The notes: a model not told the origin generated them from the sequence alone. DNA of 64,000 nt from Verrucomicrobiota bacterium (GCA_022710725.1 JAKLGK010000006.1:257605-321604), one strand, 5' to 3'; shown: positions 18,505-27,563, counted from the first letter of the stretch. Translations and numbers: made by a program.

Positions 18505-20712
18505 TCATTCCGTTTCGTTGCGGCCGGCCGCGGCCGGCTCAATCGCCGCTTGGACCGTTTCGGTGGCAAACCATAGCGTTGTCCCGCCGGGCGCATCAAT
18601 AAAAAGGTCGAGCGGCCTGGCCGCCTGCTGGGGATCCAATATCGCGCCCGTCCAAATCCTGGATTGGGGCAGGGCGACCGCCCAGTTCGTCACGGCCCGG
18701 CCATCCTGCTCGTACCGGAAGGACACCGTTCCCTGGAAGGGGGCCGCCTTCATGCCGAGGGCCAGGTTGAACGCGCCGTAGGATCCGTGCACGGCCGGCA
18801 GGCGGAGCCGTCCGCCCGACGAAGCGGGCGCGGCCAGCGCGGCGCCGACGAACGCCGGCTCAAACCAGCGCTCCAGGGACGGGCCGCGCTGGGGGCCGGC
18901 TTCGAACCGCGCCGGCTTGCCGGCCGGGACCACCGTGTACACGAAGCCGGAGGGACCCGGTCGGTCGCCCGATACGTCGACGAGGGCCGCCCCGGGCTCC
19001 GCCGGCTTCTCGAAGATGAAGGCCTGCAGAAACCGCGCATCCTCGACGAGCCACGAAGCCAGTGTTTGTCCCCCGTCCGTCCGGACCTCGACGCGCCGCG
19101 CGGCATTCGACGGGCCATCCTTGAAATCCAGCCAGAGCACGGCCGTGTCCCCGGCGGGCAGGGTCACGCGCGCGGAGACGCTCGTGGCGGACCAGGGCCG
19201 CACGTCGTACACGCCATACCGGCCGCCGCCGAGGGCCAGCTGGAGCGGTTGGCCGTCCGGGCCCACCCGCGCCTGGACGTCATGCCGGTAACGAAGGTGG
19301 CGCGACGCCGAGTTGGCCAGGTCCCGGCGAAAGGAGCCGGGCGGGAAGCAGTCGCGCGTCAGGGGCTCCAGGTAGAAACACCGGGCGCCGCCCCCGTCCA
19401 TCCCCGCGCGCGCGGGATCGGCGGGCCGGTGCGCCAGGTGATAGATCATCGTCTCGCCGAGATGCCGGCAGATCGGCTCGATCACCACGAGATCCTCCGG
19501 CCGCACGACCGCATCGAAGTCCCGGCGGAATTGCTCCACGTCCTGACGCGTTATCCGCGGGCCCCACGGCTGAAGGGTCCAGGCCGTGCGGATGAGCCCG
19601 ACGGCCAGCAGGGCGGCGGCCAGGACGCGCGCGGGTCCGGCGATGGGACGGCGGACCAGCCGGACAGCCAGAACGGACAATTTATCGATGGCCAGGTGAA
19701 GGCCGTACGCGGCGAACGGGCAGAGCGGCAGCAGCACGGCCAGGGCGTACCGGCGGTGCGCCGTGTAGGTCGCGTACAGGAAGAGATAAGCCAGGGCGCT
19801 GAACAGGAAGAACCAGAGCGCCGCGCGGTTGCGCCGCAACCCGGCGAGGCCCAGCAAGCCGAGCAGCAGCCACGGATAGCCCAGCGCGTCCCGGAGAAAG
19901 ACGAGCAGGGCGCGCAGGGAATGGACGTAGGCGTCCCGGAAGGCCGGGGGCGGCGTGTGCAGCAGCCGCGCGCTCCACCACTGCCATTGCCCGCTGGACG
20001 GGGAGCCCACGGCCTGCCGCGCCAGGAGCCAGGTCCCGCCGGCCAGCAGCCACGGCAGGATCGCGCCGAAAAAGCACGCCCGGCGCGCGCGCCCGCTTTC
20101 CTTCCGCCGAAAGAGCAGCCACAGGTACGGGCCGATGGCCCCGCAAACCGCCGGCTCCCGCATGGCGGCCGCGATGACGAACGCGCACCCTCCGGCGAAA
20201 AACAGGCCCGGCTTCCGCCGGTCGTCCGCCAGGAGAAAAAGGAGCCACCCCGCGGCCACGAACAGGAACGACGGCGTCTCGCGAAACGCGTACAGGAGAA
20301 AGTGCGCGTTCAGGACATACCCGCGCAGGAGGATCAGCAGCGTCGCGAGCAGGCCCAGCCCGGCGGCCCGGTCGTCCCCGAAAACGCGGCGGAGAACCAG
20401 GAGATACAGGCCCAGCAGGAGGCCGGCGAGCGCGACGTTGATCCAGGCGGTGACCCACGGCCCGGCCACCCGGATCGCCAGCGCCAGGAACAGCGGCCAT
20501 CCCGGCGCGACATGCGTAAGCGCCTGGCGGAATTCCGGGGAGGACCGGTCGGCGGACAGGATCGTGCGCGCGAAAATCCTGTGCGTGGCGTCGTCCTGGC
20601 CGCTGACCGCCGTCCGGATCTGCCAAGCGGCCAGGGCCAGGATGCCCAGGGCGAACAGCCAAGCCGCCAGGGGCGCCAGGCGGGGCGCCGGCACATGAGG
20701 TTTGGGGTCCAT
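18505..20712 (-). CDS. Paralog C of the large GT-C-type membrane glycosyltransferase-like protein.
   Basis: A polytopic N-terminus (AFRETPSFLFVAAGWLLFLL, AMREPAVCG) aligns with paralog A (PFREASAFFFIFLSYGLLL, AAREPFVMAV). The C-terminal domain carries VLWLDFKDG, matching VLWLNFRD in paralog A. Confidence 0.62.
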   Translation of the reverse strand: MDPKPHVPAPRLAPLAAWLFALGILALAAWQIRTAVSGQDDATHRIFARTILSADRSSPEFRQALTHVAPGWPLFLALAIRVAGPWVTAWINVALAGLLLGLYLLVLRRVFGDDRAAGLGLLATLLILLRGYVLNAHFLLYAFRETPSFLFVAAGWLLFLLADDRRKPGLFFAGGCAFVIAAAMREPAVCGAIGPYLWLLFRRKESGRARRACFFGAILPWLLAGGTWLLARQAVGSPSSGQWQWWSARLLHTPPPAFRDAYVHSLRALLVFLRDALGYPWLLLGLLGLAGLRRNRAALWFFLFSALAYLFLYATYTAHRRYALAVLLPLCPFAAYGLHLAIDKLSVLAVRLVRRPIAGPARVLAAALLAVGLIRTAWTLQPWGPRITRQDVEQFRRDFDAVVRPEDLVVIEPICRHLGETMIYHLAHRPADPARAGMDGGGARCFYLEPLTRDCFPPGSFRRDLANSASRHLRYRHDVQARVGPDGQPLQLALGGGRYGVYDVRPWSATSVSARVTLPAGDTAVLWLDFKDGPSNAARRVEVRTDGGQTLASWLVEDARFLQAFIFEKPAEPGAALVDVSGDRPGPSGFVYTVVPAGKPARFEAGPQRGPSLERWFEPAFVGAALAAPASSGGRLRLPAVHGSYGAFNLALGMKAAPFQGTVSFRYEQDGRAVTNWAVALPQSRIWTGAILDPQQAARPLDLFIDAPGGTTLWFATETVQAAIEPAAAGRNETE

Positions 20713-20838
20713 GTTGCTGCGGCAAATCGTATAACTCCGCGACCCTGCCCGTAAAGCATCAAGGTCCGGCCGGACCGCCTCGCTTTTTTTTGTGTGCCGG
20801 GAGTAAACTTGGCGTATAAAGAAGTGTAGGTTGCAATC

Positions 20839-21360
20839 ATGAGGCGCTCCTGTCAGGCCGGCGGCATAACCTGCGCGTTGCTTGCGGCGGGCTGGCTGGC
20901 GACGGCCTGGTCCGGCGAGGTCCCGCGCGTCGAGGTCGGGGGCGCGACCGTGTCGGAGGAAACGCCCGCCGTGCGGATTGTCCGGAAAATCGCGAGGCCG
21001 GCCGCCGTCGGCCGCCCCGTGGATGTCGTGGTCAGCAGCGGCGAATCCCCGCAGACGAACGGGTGGGATGTGGCGGACGGCGACCTCGAGACCGCGTGGG
21101 CGGGCCGCGCCGGCGAAAACGGCTGGTGGCTGGCGCTGGTCTACGAGCCCCCTCTGAAGATGACGGACATCGAACTGCTCCTGGCGCCTTCCTCGACGAC
21201 CAACGTCATGATCCTCGGCAGCGCGGATGCGCTGGACTGGATCGAACTGCCGGCGGCCCCGGAGTCGGGCCTGGACCGGATCCGCTATCTCTGGATCGTC
21301 TTCGAGCCGGATGCCTCCGGACGCCGGCCCGTGGTCCTGGAAGTCAAACCCATCCCGTAG
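20839..21360 (+). CDS. Small secreted protein, possibly an F5/8-type-C (discoidin/CBM32-like) carbohydrate-binding fold.
   Basis: Signal-peptide-like N-terminus (ALLAAGWLATAWSG). A GWDVADGDLETAWAG motif resembles the DGxxxTxW block of discoidin domains. Confidence 0.45.
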   Translation: MRRSCQAGGITCALLAAGWLATAWSGEVPRVEVGGATVSEETPAVRIVRKIARPAAVGRPVDVVVSSGESPQTNGWDVADGDLETAWAGRAGENGWWLALVYEPPLKMTDIELLLAPSSTTNVMILGSADALDWIELPAAPESGLDRIRYLWIVFEPDASGRRPVVLEVKPIP

Positions 21361-21410
21361 CCGCCGGCGCGCCCGGCGGGACCCATCCGGCGGGAGGACC
21401 GGACAGGCCT

Positions 21411-22670
21411 ATGCGAGTAACGGCTGTGCTCAAGGAATGCGTGCGGCAGGAAGTGGAGGCGCGCGCCTCCCCGTCGCGGCAACGCCGTCTCCAGTCCGCG
21501 CGGCTGGCGCGCCTGGTGGCCCGCGCCGCCGTGCGCGTGCCGTTCTATCGCGAGGCCTTCGCCGCCGCCTCGCTCGACCCGGCGATCGTGCGAGGTTTGG
21601 ACGACCTGGCGCGGATTCCCGTCACCCGCAAGCTGGAATACCGCCGCTGCCCGCCCGGGGAGCGGTTGGCCGCGGGCGTGCGTCCCGAGGACTGCCGCGT
21701 GGAGCACACGAGCGGGTCCACGGGGATCCCGCTGAACGTCTACCTCTCGGAAGGCGAGCAAGCCCAGCGCTCGGCGCTCTGGCTGCGCGCGCGGCTGCGG
21801 TGCGGATTGTGGCCCTGGCGGCGGCACCTCCTGGTCGGCTATTACCAGCCCCCGCCCGTGCCGTGGTTCCTGCGCCGGAGACGGATCCACGCGACGGCCG
21901 CCGAGGCCTGCGCGATCCTCGGGCATTTCCGGCCCCAGGTAATCGGCGCCTATACCTCGCAGCTGCTCCTCCTGGCCGTGGAACTCCAGCGCCGCGGCAT
22001 TCCGCCGCCGCGGCCCCGGGTGCTGCGCACGGGCGGCGAGACGCTGTCCCCGGCGGCGCGGCAACGGCTGGAACAGTTCTTCGGGGCGCCGGCGCGGGAT
22101 TTTTACGCGGCCGTCGAGTTCGGCCTCATCGGCTCCTCCTGCCCGGCGCGGGGCGGCTACCATCTTGCCTCGGGCGACCTGCTGGTGGAAATCGTGCGGG
22201 ACGGCCGCCCGGCGGCGCCGGGCGAGGAGGGGGAAGTCCTGGTCACCTCGCTCGTGGCGCACGCCATGCCGCTGATCCGGTACGAAATCGGCGACGTCGG
22301 CGCGCTCGCGCCCCTGGAGTCCTGTCCCTGCGGAAATCCCTTTCCGCGCCTGGCCGGCCTGTCGGGCCGCTCGGAGGATATGATCGTGCTGCCGGGCGGC
22401 CGCCGCGCCTCGCCGCGCCTGGCGGCCATCCCGTTCTGGGAAAACACCAGCATCCTCCAGTACCGCGTGACCCAGCGCGCCGTGGGCGAGTTCGAGGTGG
22501 AGGTGGTGCCCGACGGACCGCTCGACCCCGGGCTGGCCGACCGCGTGCGGAGCTATTTTCGCGAGCACTTCGAGGCCGCGCGCACGGACATCCGCGTGCG
22601 CGACCGGATCGATCCCGATCCGCAGGGCAAGCTGCGGAAGGTCGTCGTGCTGGCGTCAGACGGCCGGTGA
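21411..22670 (+). CDS. PaaK-like adenylate-forming enzyme (phenylacetate-CoA ligase / CapK / F390-synthetase family).
   Basis: The TSGSTGIPLNVYL P-loop-like motif is typical of the PaaK family, and the overall ~420-aa layout fits. The start is at MRVTAVLKE. Confidence 0.68.
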   Translation: MRVTAVLKECVRQEVEARASPSRQRRLQSARLARLVARAAVRVPFYREAFAAASLDPAIVRGLDDLARIPVTRKLEYRRCPPGERLAAGVRPEDCRVEHTSGSTGIPLNVYLSEGEQAQRSALWLRARLRCGLWPWRRHLLVGYYQPPPVPWFLRRRRIHATAAEACAILGHFRPQVIGAYTSQLLLLAVELQRRGIPPPRPRVLRTGGETLSPAARQRLEQFFGAPARDFYAAVEFGLIGSSCPARGGYHLASGDLLVEIVRDGRPAAPGEEGEVLVTSLVAHAMPLIRYEIGDVGALAPLESCPCGNPFPRLAGLSGRSEDMIVLPGGRRASPRLAAIPFWENTSILQYRVTQRAVGEFEVEVVPDGPLDPGLADRVRSYFREHFEAARTDIRVRDRIDPDPQGKLRKVVVLASDGR

Positions 22671-24272
22671 TCCCGCGCGGAAACGGTCCCAGTAAACCGA
22701 CGGGTCCTGCGCGACGCCGTTGACCCGCAATTCGACGTGGAGGTGCGGGTAGTCGTAGTCGCCCAGCCCGCGCGGGATGCCCGTGCGGCCGGAGTAGCCG
22801 ATGATCTCCCCCATGGCCACGGGGCCGCGCCGGCGGACGATCCGGTCGAGGTGGGCGTACAGGCTGACCGTGTTGGTGAAATGCCGGATGCGCACGGCCC
22901 GCCCGTACGCGCCATTCCAGCCCGCCCGCCGGATCTCGCCGTCCGCCATCGCGCGGACCGGCGTGCCGGGCTCGGCCGGCAGATCGATGCCTTCGTGGCG
23001 CCGGTCGGCGATCCGGTACGCGCCGAATGCGCCCACCGCCCGCGGCGCGGGCATGGCCTCGATCGGAGGGGCGAACCACGGCCGGCCGAGGCGCCGGATG
23101 ACGTCGCCGAGCGCGAGCTGGTTGGACCCCTTGAACAGCGCGACGTCGCCGGGCCGGAGTTCATCTTCCAGCCGGGCGAGCAGCTCGAACTTGCTGTCCG
23201 TCTGCGCCGTGCGCTCCGCCGGGAAGCCCGCCTCAACGGCGCCCTGAAGGATGAACTCCGAGAGCGGCGCGTACCCGAACAGCCGCTGGATGCCGGGGAA
23301 CGCGCGGGCCAGCCGGCGCCCGAGTTCGCGGTGCAGGTCCGGGCCGCGCTCGCCCAGCTCGAGCATGCTGCCGAGCACCACGACCTTGCGGCCGTCCAGC
23401 AGGTGCATCGCCTCCAGCGCCGCCCATGCGGCCTCGGGGTTGGAGCTGTAGGTGTCGTCGAGGACCGTCCACTCGCGGTTCGTTCCGACGCTCACGCGGG
23501 ACGGCGCCGGCCGGAACCGGGCCAGCCCGCGCCGCATCGCCTCGGCGTCCAGGCCGAAGAGCGACGCGCAGGAGGCGGCCGCGAGCAGGGGATACACGGC
23601 GTGGCGACCCAGCAGTTCCGATTCGATCCGCGCCAGGACGCGGCCTTCACGGACCAGGTCGAACCGCACGCCGCGCGCGTCGGCCTCCACGTTCCGCGCC
23701 CGGAAATCCGCCTCCTGTTCAACGCCGAACGTCTTCGCCCGCGGATCGCTCCGCAGCGTCCCCAGCAGGTCGTCGTCGGCATTGACGAGGAGCGTGCCGC
23801 CGGGTTTGAGCGCGCCGAGGAGCGCCTTCTTCTGTTCGAACACGCCCTCGCGACTGTGCAGCCATTGCAGGTGGGTATGGCCGATCATCGTGAGGATCAG
23901 CACGTCCGAGGCGACGGCGGCGTTCCAGCGCGGGGCGTTGGAGGCGCTTTGGATGCCGGCCTCCAGGACCAGGATCTGCCGGCGCCGCCGGGCGCCGAGC
24001 CGGAAGACGAACCGGTGCTGGTGGCAGTCGATATTGTCGTTGTCCCGCGTGCCCACCGTCTCGCATCGCTCCGCGAGCAGGCTCTGCAGCAGCAGGCACG
24101 TCGTCGTCTTGCCGCTGCTGCCGCTGATGAGAATGACGGGGACATCGGAGCGGTACGCCAGCCAGGCGCGCGTCGCCGCGCGCAGCAGCGGCCCGCCGCC
24201 CGGAATCCAGCCGGAGACGAGGCCGGCGGCTTTTCTCGCGCCCGCCCGCCAACCGGTTCCCGCGCCGTTCAT
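22656..24272 (-). CDS. Fusion protein of a MurF-like Mur-ligase (central and C-terminal domains) with a C-terminal M23/LytM metallopeptidase domain.
   Basis: Mur-ligase P-loop ILISGSSGKTTT and the MurF-type motif LDDTYSSNPEAA. These are followed in the same frame, with no stop, by an M23 domain with intact HEGIDL (HxxxD) and HLHVEL (HxH) zinc motifs. The start at MNGAGTG abuts the stop of the upstream pyruvyl transferase. Confidence 0.68.
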   Translation of the reverse strand: MNGAGTGWRAGARKAAGLVSGWIPGGGPLLRAATRAWLAYRSDVPVILISGSSGKTTTCLLLQSLLAERCETVGTRDNDNIDCHQHRFVFRLGARRRRQILVLEAGIQSASNAPRWNAAVASDVLILTMIGHTHLQWLHSREGVFEQKKALLGALKPGGTLLVNADDDLLGTLRSDPRAKTFGVEQEADFRARNVEADARGVRFDLVREGRVLARIESELLGRHAVYPLLAAASCASLFGLDAEAMRRGLARFRPAPSRVSVGTNREWTVLDDTYSSNPEAAWAALEAMHLLDGRKVVVLGSMLELGERGPDLHRELGRRLARAFPGIQRLFGYAPLSEFILQGAVEAGFPAERTAQTDSKFELLARLEDELRPGDVALFKGSNQLALGDVIRRLGRPWFAPPIEAMPAPRAVGAFGAYRIADRRHEGIDLPAEPGTPVRAMADGEIRRAGWNGAYGRAVRIRHFTNTVSLYAHLDRIVRRRGPVAMGEIIGYSGRTGIPRGLGDYDYPHLHVELRVNGVAQDPSVYWDRFRAGSPAV

Positions 24273-25507
24273 GGCCCGCTCCCTGCGCCGGCGGCGCGGC
24301 GCGATAAGGATCCTGACCGGGCGTCGCGGACCAGGTCGGCATAGCCGCTCTGGCACTCCGCCGCCAGGGGCGCCCAGCGCGCGGCCTGCTCCGACCGGAT
24401 TTCCTGCCCATGCCCGTGAAGCCGCGCCAGCTTCCCGAGCAGGAGATCCCCGCCGCCGGGCCCGGCGGCCGCGGCGATGTCCACGAGCTGTTCTTCGAGA
24501 CCGAGCCGCTCGAACAGGTTGCTGCTCTTGCGGACGTACCCGATCCCCAGGGTCGGGACGTTCATGCCGAGGGCCAGGATGGCGCTGTGGAGGCGCACCC
24601 CGACGAAAAGATCGCACAGGCCGGTGAGCGCCTTGATCCGCCGGGCCGGGATGTCCAGGTTCAGGATATGCGAGGGCAGGCGAAGCCGCCGCCCCAGGTC
24701 CAGCGATTCCAGGTCGTCGCCCTCCCAGGGGACGGCGTACATCGGGAAAAAAAGCAGGCGGAGCCGCCGGCCCTCGGAAAACCGGCCGAGGGCGCCGGCC
24801 AGGTTGTGCAGCAACTGCTCGTGGGTGGGCGGGGCCTCCGGCCGCCGGCCGGTCAGTCTCCATTTCCACTGGAGCGGAAAGAAACGGCGACCGATGTGGA
24901 ACCAGCGCCGCAGCCCGATCCCGATCCGGACCTCGTCCGGCCGAATCGGGACGCCCTGGTGCTCCAGTTCCGCGCGCGCCTCGGATTCGGCCGCGGGCTG
25001 GAGCCCCACGGCAGGATCCGGCAGGACCCGGATCGGCGGCGGGGGACGGGCCCATTGCCGGACCCACTCCGCCGAATCGTTGTCCCGCGCCGCGACGCCG
25101 TCGAGCTGGCGGATCGCCTGCCTCGCGAAGCACCGGCCCCACGCGGTGTCAATGGGGCCGATGCCGATCCCGCAGCCGATGATCGGGCAGCGCGTGCGCC
25201 GTCGCAGGGCCCGGAGCACGAAGGCCCAGTAGACGTTCTTGACCTTGCTCGAATCGTCCTGCAGGAGGTGCCCGCCGCCCCAGAGGACCAGTTCGAGGTC
25301 GCGCAGCAGCGTCGCGTTCTTCAGCAGCCGCGAAACGGAGGAGGCGGCGACCTCCACGCCCCACTCTGCGCGGTCCGCTTCGGGGGTGCGGGACACGACG
25401 GCGATGCGGGCGGCCGGATCGGCGGCCCGCAGGAAGTCCACCAGGGCCGCGCGGATCGCGCGGTCCCCGCGATTATGGCTCGTATCTCCGCCCAGGATCA
25501 GGATCAC
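24269..25507 (-). CDS. Polysaccharide pyruvyl transferase family protein (CsaB/WcaK-like).
   Basis: The N-terminus MILILGGDTSHNRGDRAIRAALVDFL and a size of ~410 aa are typical of the PS_pyruv_trans family. Confidence 0.65.
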   Translation of the reverse strand: MILILGGDTSHNRGDRAIRAALVDFLRAADPAARIAVVSRTPEADRAEWGVEVAASSVSRLLKNATLLRDLELVLWGGGHLLQDDSSKVKNVYWAFVLRALRRRTRCPIIGCGIGIGPIDTAWGRCFARQAIRQLDGVAARDNDSAEWVRQWARPPPPIRVLPDPAVGLQPAAESEARAELEHQGVPIRPDEVRIGIGLRRWFHIGRRFFPLQWKWRLTGRRPEAPPTHEQLLHNLAGALGRFSEGRRLRLLFFPMYAVPWEGDDLESLDLGRRLRLPSHILNLDIPARRIKALTGLCDLFVGVRLHSAILALGMNVPTLGIGYVRKSSNLFERLGLEEQLVDIAAAAGPGGGDLLLGKLARLHGHGQEIRSEQAARWAPLAAECQSGYADLVRDARSGSLSRRAAGAGSGP

Positions 25508-25510
25508 GGT

Positions 25511-26641
25511 TCAGGTCCCCGTGTTCGACAACGCTTCGCGGTAGCGGCGCCAGGCCGCCGACCAGTCATGCTCCATCGCGGCGCGGCGCGCGGCGGCGCC
25601 CAGCCGTTTCCGCAGGCCCGGGTCGCGGAGCCGGTCCAGGGCCGCGCGGATCGCGTCCGGGCGGCCGGGCTCGACCAGCAGCGCGTTCTCGCCGTCCCTC
25701 AACACGGAGGGGATACCCCCGACGGGCGTCGCGATCACGGCCAGGCCCGAGGCCATGGCCTCGAGCAACGCCAGCGGCAGGCCCTCCTGCAGCGAGGGCA
25801 ACGCGAACACGTCGGCGCCCTGCAGTCGCGCCGGCATGTCGGCCGGCGACACGGCGCCCGCAAACTCGACGCGGTCCTGCATCCCGCGCGAGGCCGCCAG
25901 CGCCCGCAATTCCGCCTCCTGCGGGCCGGTCCCGCAGAGGGCCAACCGCTCTTCGCCGGCCAGCGCGGCGACCAGGTGGCGGAGCCCCTTCCGCTCGATC
26001 AACTGGGCCGCCGCGATCACGCGCAGCGGGGCGTCCCCGGCCGGCCGCGGCCCGGCCGGGCGGAACAGTTCGGTGTCCACGCCGTTCGGTATGACGGAGA
26101 TGGACCCGCCGGGCCAGGTCCGGAGCGCCAGGTCGCGCAGCGAGTCGCTCACGGCGATGACGCGGTGGGCGTCGCGCCAGACCCGGCGGACCACCGGCTT
26201 GAGGGCGGCGTACAGGAGGCCGAACCGTTCGGGCTGGTAGCCGGGGACGTCCGAGCCGTGCAGCACGACGGCGTAGGGTATCCCGTGCCGCCGTTTCAGG
26301 CGCCGGGCCAGCAGGCCCGCCGGGAAGGAGAAATGCGCCAGCACGCGATCCGGCGGCGGGCCCGCAAACCGGTCGACGGCCCGGCGCGCGGCGAGGTAGA
26401 AGCGGCCGAGTTCCGCGGCCGTGTGCCGGGTCCACTCCTTCTTGGGGGCGCGGATGCGCCGGATGGCCGCGCCGTCGCGCGTCTCCTCCGCGGGCAGTCG
26501 TCCGCCGAGGTCGGAGGTCAGCACGTCCACGGCCCAGCCGTCGCGCGCGGCCTCGCGGGCGAGATACCCGGCGGCCAGTTCCGCGCCGCCGTGATAGGGG
26601 GGAAATCCGTGGCAGATCACCAGGAGGCGCGGGTTACTCAT
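25511..26641 (-). CDS. Family 1 (GT4-type) glycosyltransferase.
   Basis: RLLVICHGFPPYHGGAELAAGYLAREA near the N-terminus and a C-terminal LPSLQEGLPLALLEAMASGLAVIAT...E GT4 motif. Confidence 0.8.
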   Translation of the reverse strand: MSNPRLLVICHGFPPYHGGAELAAGYLAREAARDGWAVDVLTSDLGGRLPAEETRDGAAIRRIRAPKKEWTRHTAAELGRFYLAARRAVDRFAGPPPDRVLAHFSFPAGLLARRLKRRHGIPYAVVLHGSDVPGYQPERFGLLYAALKPVVRRVWRDAHRVIAVSDSLRDLALRTWPGGSISVIPNGVDTELFRPAGPRPAGDAPLRVIAAAQLIERKGLRHLVAALAGEERLALCGTGPQEAELRALAASRGMQDRVEFAGAVSPADMPARLQGADVFALPSLQEGLPLALLEAMASGLAVIATPVGGIPSVLRDGENALLVEPGRPDAIRAALDRLRDPGLRKRLGAAARRAAMEHDWSAAWRRYREALSNTGT

Positions 26642-27563
26642 CCCCGTTTTTTCCGCGTTGCTGTTCGAGTTCCCAGAAGAGGCTGTTGTGAGAACTGATT
26701 TCCTTGCGCAGGCTGGCGATCTGGTCCGCGAGCAGCCCGAACAGGAACAGGATCACGCCGGCCAGGATGGCGAGGATCGCGCCGCCGACGATCTTCAGGC
26801 GGAAGGCCATGATCTCGTAGAGCTGGTATACGGCGCCGACGGTCATCAGCGCCACGGCCGGCACGCCGAGGACGCGCAGGGGATCGAACAGCATCACCAG
26901 CCGGAGCGCCAGCAGCACGGCCTTGATGCCGTCGCTGAAAATGCGGACCGAGCTCTTGCCGACGCGCGGCCCGCAGTGGACGGGCACGAAGACGTAGGAG
27001 TGGCGGCTCTTGATGACGAACATCAGCGAGGTGATGGAAAACGAGAACCCCTCCGGCAGCAGGTCCAGCATGCGCATGAACAGCAGGCGCCGCCCGGCGC
27101 GCAGGCCGCAGTTGAGGTCGGGGATTTTCCGGCCCGCCAGGAACTGGCAAACGTGCTGCAGCAGCCACTTGCCGGGCTTCCGGACGAGCGGGATGCCGGC
27201 GCCGGGAGGCCGCGCGCCGAAGACGCATTCGTGCCGCTCGAGCTCCTCCAGCAGCCTCGGCAGGTCGGCGACATCATGCTGACCGTCGCTGTCGAAGAAG
27301 AGCACGTTCCGCGCCTGGGTAGCCAGGATGCCGGTTTTCAGCGAGGCCCCGTATCCGCGGTTCGAGGAGTGCCGCCGGACGATCACCCGTTCGCCCAACC
27401 CCGCCAGCACCTTGTCCGTGCCGTCGTCGGAGCCGTCGTCCACCGCGATGATTTCCATGTCGCGGTTTTCGGCGAAGCGGACGAGGGCTTCCAGTACGGG
27501 CCCCACCGCTTCCCGCTCGTTGAACACGGGCACGATCACGGCCAGATGACTCGATCGCTTCAT
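26634..27563 (-). CDS. Family 2 glycosyltransferase of the polyprenyl-phosphate sugar synthase type (ArnC/GtrB/DPM1-like), with C-terminal TM helices.
   Basis: LAVIVPVFNEREAV...IIAVDDGSDDGTD...FDSDGQHD motifs plus two C-terminal hydrophobic helices. Confidence 0.8.
   Translation of the reverse strand: MKRSSHLAVIVPVFNEREAVGPVLEALVRFAENRDMEIIAVDDGSDDGTDKVLAGLGERVIVRRHSSNRGYGASLKTGILATQARNVLFFDSDGQHDVADLPRLLEELERHECVFGARPPGAGIPLVRKPGKWLLQHVCQFLAGRKIPDLNCGLRAGRRLLFMRMLDLLPEGFSFSITSLMFVIKSRHSYVFVPVHCGPRVGKSSVRIFSDGIKAVLLALRLVMLFDPLRVLGVPAVALMTVGAVYQLYEIMAFRLKIVGGAILAILAGVILFLFGLLADQIASLRKEISSHNSLFWELEQQRGKNGDE

Noticed and set aside
18664-20754. 696-aa plus-strand ORF antisense to GT-C paralog C.
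   Set aside because: Same reasoning. Low-complexity GC-frame ORF.
20763-20791. GGTCCGGCCGGACC palindrome followed 7 nt later by a T8 run, in the divergent region between GT-C paralog C and the secreted discoidin-like gene.
   Set aside because: It resembles a Rho-independent terminator, but there is no upstream plus-strand gene to terminate, and the T-run is separated from a very short stem. It is more likely part of a divergent promoter region, so I did not report it as a feature.
22737-26698. 535-aa and 762-aa plus-strand ORFs antisense to the MurF-M23, pyruvyl transferase, GT1 and GT2 operon.
   Set aside because: No domain signatures and extreme Arg/Gly/Ala/Pro composition. The minus-strand genes have P-loop, M23, GT1 and GT2 motifs.
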